Below, in pieces: positions 1 to 7,739 of a stretch of 16,266 bases of DNA. A model generated the notes under the pieces. The model was given only the letters and a program-made list of their open reading frames with translations, was not told the DNA's origin and did no database searches. Source of the DNA: Paramicrosporidium saccamoebae KSL3. Lineage: Eukaryota > Fungi > Cryptomycota. Both the position numbers and the translations under genes were made by a program. The stretch covers positions 13,620 through 29,885 of the forward strand of contig MTSL01000220.1 of NCBI GenBank assembly GCA_002794465.1, written 5' to 3'. Each line of letters opens with the position of its first letter. Position 1 is the stretch's first letter.

Positions 1-4
1 TTCT

Positions 5-82
5 GATTGCGGATCCTGCTACAGATTCTGGGTTGCTATGATTGCTATGGATTGTGGATTTTGCCATGATTGGGGATCCTGC
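5..82. repeat. Three degenerate copies of a 15-mer (GATTGNGGATYYTGC)
   Basis: Copies at 5-19, 50-64 and 68-82, plus a TTGCTATG pair between them. Confidence 0.65.
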
Positions 83-383
83 TGTGACATAGAAGACTGA
101 TTAGCATGTCTTTTGGAAATAGTTCCCTAGTTTGGAGAAGGGATAATCAGAACAACCGATGAAGGATAATGAGATCTTTACCATTTGGGAGACTACAAAA
201 GGGTCGTTGGATTGACTGAATAAATTCTCTTCTCGCCTAAACTGGGCCGTGGTATTATCCCACTACGCGACACTGCTATGATAAACTGCTATGGACTGCT
301 ATAAATTGTAAATTTTGTTATGATAGATAGCTGTGTATCGCAAAGTCTGATATGATAGATGGTGGAACTAACCACTACCAGTA

Positions 384-1386
384 TTATAAGCGCTTTGGTT
401 CCAACTTTAAAACATCTCTTAGAGCAGAAATAGTGTTGATTGGGGAATAGGTCAATAGACAATCTGACTTTCGTGGAGCAGTTGGTGTATCTATAATGAA
501 CAGTTTTCGAAGGGCCTCTACGGCCGCACGTTCCTGTGCCACCAGCAGCGACGGTCCATGTGCTATGGATTAAAACAGTGTCATATGGTACCTTCCGCAA
601 GCTTGTCCAGGCCACAGTAGACACCAACTACGTAAATAGATGTGCTGCTTTGACGGCCCGTCTCATGGAGTAATCGGTAATCAGGCTCGGTGCGATGGAA
701 ATGTTGCATAGCGTGGGCCAGCTTCAACATTGGATTCCGCGGTCTGCATAGTAAATCTTTGTTAAACTGGGCTGAAAACAAAAAGGCATCTAGAAACTTT
801 CTCGCCTCCAAAGCTCCCTAGAACATAAAACCAAGGAACGTTGAAATACCTTTTCCTTGAAGACGACTCCAAGCAGTGCCATAAAAATGTCTGAATAGAC
901 ACTGGTGGGCTTGAAATTGACGGCACGATCGGGTGAAGATTTGTTAACATATGCTTGCAAAGTGGGCATGCTGATATTAGGGATCCCCTCAAATTCTATC
1001 AGCGCATACTCAATGCCTGTGCTACGGGCTATTGCAGACACATTGCTGGGCGTAGTGTACACCTGCACAGCCAGCTCGGTACTGTCCTTGGGCAGTCTTG
1101 CAAACCGGGCAGCCACGTAATCACGCACAAAAATGTCCAAAACCTCTGAACCAGCAGTCTTATAGTCCTCAAAGAATGAAGAGAACGGCTTGGACCGAGG
1201 CAGGATGGGATGCGCAAGAGCGGCACGGAATTTACGCTCCGGCACGTCATGCATGCCCAAGCGATGTGAGAATGCCGTTTCTGAGGGTCTCAACGTCCGA
1301 TTCGACTTTTTGAAAACGGACTGCACGCTTTCCACGACACTCGGCCCAACATACAGACTGCGCCGCTGCACCCGGAAGAATCGCAT
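384..1386 (-). CDS. MRPL3: Mitochondrial large-subunit ribosomal protein mL44 (RNase III-like + dsRBD), 3 exons, 313 aa
   Basis: Exons 1386-850, 817-592 and 562-384 (942 nt) join in frame across two GT-AG introns. The dsRBD segment EPDYRLLHETGRQSSTSIYVVGVYCGLDKLAEAHGPSLLVAQERAAVEALRKLF resembles yeast Mrpl3/human MRPL44. The N-terminus MRFFRVQRRSL is Arg-rich and presequence-like. Confidence 0.8.
563..591 (-). other. Spliceosomal intron, 29 nt (mL44 intron 2, phase 1)
   Basis: GTACCA...TTTAAT-CCATAG. Removal restores LAE-A-HGPSLLVAQERAA. Confidence 0.85.
818..849 (-). other. Spliceosomal intron, 32 nt (mL44 intron 1, phase 0)
   Basis: GTATTT...TTCTAG. Removal joins FKEK to GALEARKFL, linking ORFs 790-1386 and 581-811. 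Confidence 0.85.
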
Positions 1387-1431
1387 CTGGACGTATATCC
1401 ACGCGAGCCGGGCGTCCTGATTGGTCGGGCG
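1387..1431. promoter_or_regulatory. 45-nt divergent intergenic region (mL44/TRM5) with an ATTGG (CCAAT) box
   Basis: ATGs at 1386 (-) and 1432 (+). ATTGG at 1420-1424. Regulatory role is inferred. Confidence 0.5.
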
Positions 1432-2679
1432 ATGGGCATTCTTCTTAATAAGGAAGCCTTTGTAAAGAGGATTCCTGTCTTGGCACTTAGGGTGATTGCG
1501 TCTTCTGTTGACCCGCTACGTAAGAGACTAGCAAGGTTTGCCAAGCAATAATGTGCTGACAGTAGGGAGCATATACTCGCGTTGCCAAAGGTCAAGACTG
1601 TGGTTGCCGATGAACAAGACACTGCCACTCGACTTGTCCTTCTTTCCGAATCCATCAGCGACATAGACGGGCTTTCGGAAGATGCCCGAAAGGCTATTAG
1701 TGAATTCAAGGCCGAGGTGGTACCATATACAGTGCAGGTTGGATTTGACCAATATTCGACTCATGAGGTGCTGGAACGGCTTCTCCCCGAAGGGATGGAT
1801 ATTCCAAGTGCGTTTGAAACTGTTGGTCATATTGCACATGTAAACCTGCGCGATGAACACGAACTCTACAAAGAGTTGATTGGCGAAGTGATCCTCGAGA
1901 AAAACAGCCAAATACGCACAGTGGTCAACAAAATTGGTGCCATTGAGTCAACTTTTCGTTACTTTAAGATGGAGGTTCTCGCAGGCATCCCCAGCACTGA
2001 AGTAGAGGTACAAGAAGAGGGCTGTACGTTCCGTTTTGATTACTCCAAGGTTTATTGGAACTCGCGTCTGCAGTATGAGCATCGTCGACTAGTGCAAATG
2101 CTGCGTGGGACAGTATGTGACATGTTCTGTGGGGTGGGTCCGTTTGCATTACCCGCTGCCAAACGTGGCTGTACAGTGTATGCAAATGATCTGAATCCAG
2201 AATCTATACATTGGCTGCAGATTAACGTGGGACGGAACAAGTTGATTCAAAAGGTCAATGTTTATAATATGGATGCAAGAGAGTTTGTCTCTAAAGCGAT
2301 CACAGACCTCCAAAATATGGACAAGACAAATGATCTGGATGGTAAGGTGAATAATACCAACAAGACGAATGCCCAGTTTGACCATTTCGTCATGAATCTG
2401 CCAGCTTCAGCTCACGAATTCTTGGATGTCTTTCCCAAACTTGCACAAGACGGCTTGATTAGTCAAGATGCAACCAGTACGGTGCACTGCTATATTTTCT
2501 GTAAAACTGACGAAGATCCCATCGAAAAGATTGAATCGGGTTTGGGCCATAAAGTAACAACGGCTACCGTGAAGCGAGTTAGGGATGTTGCACCTAATAA
2601 GGAAATGTTCTGCGTTTCCTTTAATCTGCCACCATCGATCTTTCCTAATGCCGCTAATAAGCGCTCTAGAACGGAATAA
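1432..2679 (+). CDS. TRM5: tRNA (guanine37-N1)-methyltransferase Trm5, 2 exons, 405 aa
   Basis: Exons 1432-1535 and 1566-2679. Contains [27 protein letters not shown], the SAM-binding motif [27 protein letters not shown], and HFVMNLP. Exon 1 ([12 protein letters not shown]) matches Trm5 N-termini. The ORF track's TTG start at 1582 is an artefact of the intron. Confidence 0.95.
1536..1565 (+). other. Spliceosomal intron, 30 nt (TRM5, phase 2), tandem CAGTAG acceptor
   Basis: GTTTGC...GCTGAC-AGTAG. In-frame junction LAR|EHILALPK. Confidence 0.85.
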
Positions 2680-2680
2680 A
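2675..2680 (+). terminator. AATAAA polyadenylation signal overlapping the TRM5 stop codon
   Basis: GAA TAA A; stop at 2677-2679. Confidence 0.5.
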
Positions 2681-2720
2681 CCAATCTGTGATTTTTGTAA
2701 TCGGTTATAGACAGTCGGCT

Positions 2721-2729
2721 ACCCTGGTC
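2721..2729 (+). promoter_or_regulatory. ACCCTGGTC motif upstream of HAS1
   Basis: Identical 9-mer upstream of RPL22 (4537-4545) and a related copy upstream of RPL27 (7125-7133). Confidence 0.4.
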
Positions 2730-2738
2730 ATCCTATCG

Positions 2739-4280
2739 ATGACAGTCGAGCAAGTCGAGTCCACCCCTAAAGATGCGTCTGAAGCGCTAAACCTGAACGA
2801 GTCTACCCCTAAGAATGCGTTTGAAACACTAAACCTGAGCGAGCCCACTATGAAGGCGATCAGGGAGCTTGGATTCACCTCCATGACGGAAGTACAGGCA
2901 CGCTGCATCCCGCCCCTCCTTGCTGGGAAGGACGTTCTCGGTGCAGCTCGCACTGGCTCCGGTAAGACGTTGGCCTTTCTCCTGCCCGCCATCGAGCTCC
3001 TCCACCGTCTAAAGTTCAAACCGCGCAACGGGACCGGCGTGGTGATTGTATCGCCGACGAGAGAGTTGGCTTTGCAGATTTTTGGAGTGGCAAAAGAGCT
3101 GCTCAAGTTCCACAGCCAGACTTTTGGGATTGTCATGGGCGGTGCTAACAGAAAGGCAGAGGCGGAAAAGCTGCAGAAGGGTGTCTGTCTGTTGGTTGCC
3201 ACTCCTGGAAGACTGTTGGATCACTTGCAGAATACGCCTGGCTTTGTGGTCAAGCATCTTCGAGCACTGGTTATTGACGAAGCCGATCGTATTCTTGAAG
3301 TTGGATTTGAGGAAGAGATGAAACAGATTATCAACCTGCTTCCCAAGGAAAGACAGACGCTGCTCTTCTCCGCCACCCAGACGACAAAAGTGGAGGATCT
3401 TGCTCGCATTTCCCTAAAACAGGGGCCTATCTATATCAATGTCCATGAGAATCTTGCGGCGGCGACCAACGACAATCTTGAACAGGGCTATGTTGTTTGT
3501 CCCAGTGACCGTCGTTTCTTACTGTTATTTACCTTTTTGAAGAAGAATCTCAACAAAAAGGTGATTGTTTTCTTTTCATCATGCAATGCCGTCAAGTATC
3601 ATGCAGAGTTGCTCAACTACATAGACGTTCCCGTGTTGGATCTGCATGGTAAGCAAAAGCAGAAGAAGAGAACTGCTACATTTTTTGAATTTATGAACGC
3701 CGAGTCGGGAGTTCTTCTTTGTACTGACGTTGCCGCTCGTGGACTTGACATTCCCTCTGTGGATTGGATTGTGCAATACGATCCCACCGACGATCCTCGT
3801 GAGTACATTCATCGTGTGGGTCGTACTGCCCGTGCCGGTGGCCGCGGGCGTGCCCTTCTCTTCCTTCTCCCCTCTGAGCTTGGCTTCCTTCGCTATCTCA
3901 AACAGGCCAAGGTTCCCCTCAACGAGTATGAATTCCCCATTACCAAAATTGCCAATGTCCAGCAACAGCTAGAGAAGCTGATTGAGAAGAATTACTATCT
4001 CAACAAGTCGGCAAAGGAGGCCTACCGGTCCTACTTGCAAGCCTACGCGTCACACTCGCTGAAAAAGATTTTCAACATTAACGAGTTGGATCTGAAAAAG
4101 GTTGCCGGCTCCTTTGGATTTACCGTGCCCCCGAACGTAAACATTACCATCGGGGCCAGCGGACGGTCTGAAAAGAAGGGAAGAAAGCCCACCTCTGCTG
4201 GTTACTCGTCAAAGAAGCAAGATGACAAGCAGCATTACAAAAAGTCCAGTGTCTCTGCGAAAAATGTTCAGTATTCATAG
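2739..4280 (+). CDS. HAS1: DEAD-box RNA helicase Has1/DDX18, intronless, 513 aa
   Basis: Q motif [56 protein letters not shown], and the Has1-type C-terminus [15 protein letters not shown]. First in-frame ATG is 2739; the ORF track uses a GTG at 2688. Confidence 0.96.
   Translation: MTVEQVESTPKDASEALNLNESTPKNAFETLNLSEPTMKAIRELGFTSMTEVQARCIPPLLAGKDVLGAARTGSGKTLAFLLPAIELLHRLKFKPRNGTGVVIVSPTRELALQIFGVAKELLKFHSQTFGIVMGGANRKAEAEKLQKGVCLLVATPGRLLDHLQNTPGFVVKHLRALVIDEADRILEVGFEEEMKQIINLLPKERQTLLFSATQTTKVEDLARISLKQGPIYINVHENLAAATNDNLEQGYVVCPSDRRFLLLFTFLKKNLNKKVIVFFSSCNAVKYHAELLNYIDVPVLDLHGKQKQKKRTATFFEFMNAESGVLLCTDVAARGLDIPSVDWIVQYDPTDDPREYIHRVGRTARAGGRGRALLFLLPSELGFLRYLKQAKVPLNEYEFPITKIANVQQQLEKLIEKNYYLNKSAKEAYRSYLQAYASHSLKKIFNINELDLKKVAGSFGFTVPPNVNITIGASGRSEKKGRKPTSAGYSSKKQDDKQHYKKSSVSAKNVQYS
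2757..2840 (+). repeat. 42-bp in-frame tandem duplication in the HAS1 5' end
   Basis: Units 2757-2798 and 2799-2840 are 35/42 identical and encode [14 protein letters not shown] / [14 protein letters not shown]. Confidence 0.9.
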
Positions 4281-4536
4281 CCATGATAATAGAATGAAAG
4301 TTAAAAATTAGTATATAGACCTGTGTGAAGTGTATATACGCGGGGTGTCTATGTGCGAGATGCATCAACATGGATGTAAGGTGCATCAATCTAGATGTAG
4401 ACGGCAACCTAATGCAGCGCAAGGATCGGACTTGAAGTTACAGCATGTTAGTTAGTATGAAGGAGCATATACTTTACTACTTTGCTCATTAAGAGTCTCT
4501 ACTATAATCCCCTACAATACCTATTTAACATGGCCG

Positions 4537-4545
4537 ACCCTGGTC
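4537..4545 (+). promoter_or_regulatory. ACCCTGGTC motif upstream of RPL22
   Basis: Starts 34 nt upstream of the ATG at 4571. Shared with HAS1 and RPL27. Confidence 0.4.
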
Positions 4546-4570
4546 GACGTACGAAATTTTCACGTCCGGA

Positions 4571-4987
4571 ATGGCTCCCACCAAGGTAGCGTCTCCGTAA
4601 CGTGGCCTTAACTTTTAGACTGTCGCCGCCAAGAAGCCCTGCAAGTTTGTCATCGACTGCAGCCGTCCCGTCTCGGATGCCATCTTTGACGCTGCTGCGT
4701 TTGAGAACTTTTTGCATGACCGTTTCAAGGTGAACGGCAAGACTGGCCAGCTCGGCGCCGCTGTGGAGATTACCCGCGACGGTACCGGCCAGCGCATCGT
4801 CGTTGTTGGAAACTCTGTGGACTTTCCCAAGAGATACCTCAAGTATCTGACGAAAAAGTTCCTGAAGAAGAACCAGCTGCGCGATTGGTTGCACGTAGTG
4901 GCTTCTGATAAGCAGACCTACCAGCTGCGCTACTTTAACATTGGACAGGACGAGGAAGAGGGCGAAGATGCTGAAGCCGACAACTAA
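4571..4987 (+). CDS. RPL22: 60S ribosomal protein eL22, 2 exons, 127 aa
   Basis: Exons 4571-4585 and 4619-4987 give [48 protein letters not shown]...[27 protein letters not shown]...YQLRYFNI. Confidence 0.96.
4586..4618 (+). other. Spliceosomal intron, 33 nt (RPL22, phase 0)
   Basis: GTAGCG...CTTAAC-TTTTAG. Confidence 0.88.
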
Positions 4988-5112
4988 ATCCTAATAAATC
5001 CATTTGGCACTATGCTTATTTGTCGAGCGCGTTGCGTTTATTACAAAGTGGTGTACTAAGCAGTCCCCGGATGCGCGTTTAATAGCAGTACTGAGCGCAC
5101 GTCTGATACAAA

Positions 5113-5148
5113 TCTCGGTTACACTTCTATCACAAGTCTCGGTTACAC
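5113..5148 (+). repeat. 12-bp perfect direct repeat TCTCGGTTACAC x2 (24-nt period) between convergent RPL22 and B56
   Basis: Copies at 5113-5124 and 5137-5148. Confidence 0.8.
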
Positions 5149-5240
5149 ATCCAATACAGAGCTTGGTTGCACGTTTAGATGTTTATTACGAATGTATGTA
5201 TGGAGCAATCTCCTGATTGCACATGGAGAATATTTACAAA

Positions 5241-6855
5241 CTAAAAGGTCGATGTACGCTCCACTGACTGCTGCACATCCAACGTGCCGGCCGTTGAGAC
5301 GGGTTCCAGGGAGCGACGCTCCTGTTTCCGGGACGAATTCCGTACTGCAACGGCCTCTACCTTTGCCCACCTTTGGTCCCGGGTGTTTCCATCGACCATA
5401 TCGCAGGTGGAAGAGATGCGTTCATAGAGTCGCGGATTCATGTCCATGAATAGTCGCAGGCCATTGAACACTTGCAACTGCACGCCCCTACTAGTCAGTA
5501 TACGACACAGTACAATTACTTGTTCCAATGTTCTCGGGAATATTTAAGCATAGCCGGCAGGACGATGGGCATGGCATCCTCGGCATTTTCCGAAACGGCT
5601 CCCACAATATATTCGTTGCTCCAATACTGCAGCGCCCGCTCCGCCACCTGGAAATGCGGACTGCTGATACAGCGGGCAATCTGATGCATCAGTGGCGTCA
5701 GAAACTTGACGAAACGACCCTGTGGGGTGACGTCAAGGACTTCTTCAATTTCATTGAGAAACATGATTTCTTTGGTCGTGTTTGTCTTGGGCCAGAGCCG
5801 GAGCAGTCCCAAGATGATAGGTTCAACAAGGGAACAGTCCTTTTCGGCAAACTGTACAACACACAAGGAAAGTTGTGGAAAGTAGATGGGCAGGCATCGG
5901 TTCTTATGCAGCGGAATGAGTGTTTTCAACAAAAAGATTTTGTGTTCGTCCCGTAGCGGCACGGCAAATCCATTTACTACACTCCCCAATATTTCCAGCA
6001 TCTCGGCAATGTTGTGTCGTTCGTCTTCATAGATAAATTCATAGAAAACGTGTCGCATTGCCTTTCGTATGAATGCACGCAGATTGAGAAACTTTCCATA
6101 TACGCGATGGACGGCCGTCTTGACCATATCCCGCTCTCGTGGATCCTCCAGATCAAACAGCGTCAACAGTCGATATACAAACAGTTGATCTACAAACTTT
6201 CGTGCCATATTCACATTGAATGCATGGGACTCAACTAGTCGGATGAAAATTTCATACACAAGATGCGTATGAGGCCAACTCGAGTCGTAGAGCGGTTCGT
6301 CGTCCTCCGGGTCATATTCATCGCCTATTGGGTTTTGACTCGGTGGAATGGCTCTGAACACGTTTTTGGCAAACATTATAATCACTTCCTGGTACTGCTG
6401 CTCGCCCAGTCCTGCTGTATGTTCGGTAATGACCATGAGAATTTCGTTCAGGGCTGCAGTTTTGAGTTCCTTGTTGCGAATGTCAAAGAGCGGCATGTCA
6501 AAGTCAAATATAAACTCGCACTGCGCAATCTTCTTGGAGAACAGTTTGGGCCATTGTGACTCGGATACATCTACAAGAGGCAGTTAGCAGGAAATGCAGC
6601 CATACCGACAAATTTGGGAAGGGGCTCCATTTCGACAATTTGTCGAGTCAGAAGCAGAGTATGCAGCATCTTCCTTGGTGTTCGTGCGCCTGGCGGCAGC
6701 GCATCCATCTGGTCTGCCCTCAACTTTGCTACATTAGTCTCTGGCTTGGGGGAGGGTGTCTACATGTGTTAGGCGCACAAAAGCTGTACCCGGGCCGGCG
6801 CAGGTGGCGAAGTAGTGGCCTCGGGTTGAGGCGATGCAATTTCGACCTCTGACAT
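5241..6855 (-). CDS. RTS1: PP2A regulatory subunit B'/B56, 4 exons, 505 aa
   Basis: Exons 6855-6790, 6759-6606, 6570-5520 and 5487-5241 (1518 nt). Motifs LFSKKIAQCEFIFDF, EDDEPLYDSSWPH, FDLEDPRERD, HRVYGKF, EILGSVVNGFAVPL, WPKTNTTKE, HFQVAERAL and HWNK..FNGLRLFMDMN. Confidence 0.93.
5488..5519 (-). other. Spliceosomal intron, 32 nt (B56 intron 3, phase 2), tandem TAGTAG acceptor
   Basis: GTAATT...ACTGAC-TAGTAG. Restores HWNK-GVQLQVFNGL. Confidence 0.9.
6571..6605 (-). other. Spliceosomal intron, 35 nt (B56 intron 2, phase 1)
   Basis: GTATGG...GCTAAC-TGCCTCTTGTAG. Restores PLPKFV-D-VSESQWPKLF. Confidence 0.9.
6760..6789 (-). other. Spliceosomal intron, 30 nt (B56 intron 1, phase 0)
   Basis: GTACAG...CCTAAC-ACATGTAG. 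Contains an in-frame TAA. Confidence 0.8.
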
Positions 6856-7124
6856 GAGCGTCTGAATGTCCTTTCCCGCACACTCTAGAGTCTACAAAGG
6901 GGCGGTGTGCCCCCATCCAATTAGATTCATCACAAAGCATGCAGTACCGAATCTCGTCCTTCATTGGCGGCTCCCAACATGTCTTCCGCCCTCACTGCCA
7001 ATAGTATACACCACGTTCGTCTCGAAAATCCAGTCAAAAGCGCCCCGGGTAAAGAGCGCGTTGATGAACGGAGTTTCCGCCAGCAGCCAATCAAAGCCGT
7101 CCGGGCCCTGGCTTAGTACTTGAG

Positions 7125-7133
7125 ACCCTAGGC
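7125..7133 (+). promoter_or_regulatory. ACCCTAGGC motif upstream of RPL27
   Basis: Starts 33 nt upstream of the ATG at 7158, almost the same spacing as in RPL22. A GCCCTGG variant lies about 20 nt further upstream. Confidence 0.4.
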
Positions 7134-7157
7134 AGCCTTCGACTCACTGTACTGAGT

Positions 7158-7694
7158 ATGGCCAAGTTCCTGAAGCCCAACAAGGTCGTATTGGTCCTTA
7201 GCGGCCGTTTCGCCGGCAAGAAGGCCGTCATTGTGAAAAATACGTATCGTTCCTACAACTTTCAGTGTCTCTGAGGATGGATGGACAGGCCGTCCGTGGG
7301 TGGACATCCTGTCCTGAAGCCTTTTCCTTTTCCTATGAGTGCAGTAACTAATGACTATATACATTTCGACGAAGGCGACAAGAGCACCAACAAAAAGTTT
7401 GGCTGTGCCTTGGTTGTTGGCGTTGAGCGTGCCCCGTTGAAGGTCACCAAGGCGATGAGCCAGAAGAAGGTTTCTCGTCGCTCGCGCGTCAAGCCCTTTG
7501 TCAAGGTAATCAACTACAGCCATCTGATGCCCACCCGCTACAACTTTGAGTTGGAGGTCAACACCCCCGTTTCCAGCGAGCTACTGAAGGATCCTTCCAA
7601 GAAGAAGGAGATTCGCGGAGAGCTGAAGAAGGTGATGGAGGACAAGTACAAGACTGGACAGTCCAAGTGGTTCTTCCAAAAGCTGCGTTTCTAA
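7158..7694 (+). CDS. RPL27: 60S ribosomal protein eL27, 2 exons, 137 aa in the preferred model
   Basis: [27 protein letters not shown]...FDEG...[15 protein letters not shown]...[17 protein letters not shown]...KWFFQKLRF. Exons 7158-7239 and 7363-7694 give IVKNFDEG. Gene identity is secure; the splice junction is non-canonical (see findings). Confidence 0.95.
7240..7362 (+). other. Putative 123-nt AT-AC intron in RPL27 (phase 1) with U2-type signals
   Basis: 5' end ATACGT, branch-like ACTAAT at 7347-7352, 3' end TATAC. No AG lies near the required junction, and retention hits TGA at 7272-7274. Confidence 0.65.
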
Positions 7695-7727
7695 ACTGAC
7701 ACGAGAATAAATATCGTCTATTAGTAA

Positions 7728-7739
7728 TGTGTGTGTGTG
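7728..7739 (+). repeat. (TG)6 microsatellite followed by G-rich tracts
   Basis: tgtgtgtgtgtg read directly; G runs continue over 7741-7801. Confidence 0.85.

Noticed and set aside
2347-2376. Possible in-frame 30-nt intron in TRM5 (GTGAAT...CCCAG)
   Set aside because: No YTRAY branch motif near the acceptor, and it falls in a loop that is variable in Trm5, so it is treated as coding unless cDNA shows otherwise.
4361-4399. Imperfect 21-nt-period repeat TGCATCAA...GATGTA downstream of HAS1
   Set aside because: Only two copies with 15/18 matches; no functional inference is possible.
4530-4589. Upstream out-of-frame ATG/uORF overlapping the RPL22 start
   Set aside because: Probably upstream of the TSS given the short UTRs in this genome (an AAATTTT tract at 4554-4560 lies between it and the real ATG); there is no supporting evidence.
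7103-7128. GGGCCCTGGCTTAGTACTTGAGACC resembles a stretch of eukaryotic 5S rRNA (GGGCCTGGTTAGTACTTGGATGGGAGACC, from memory)
   Set aside because: The box C core GATGGG is missing, the flanks do not match, and no terminal helix is evident. It sits in the RPL27 promoter and overlaps the ACCCTAG motif, so chance is likely.
7240-7362. Interpreting the RPL27 intron as a minor (U12) spliceosome intron
   Set aside because: It lacks the ATATCCTT donor and TCCTTAAC branch consensus; its signals match the U2-type pattern of neighbouring introns.
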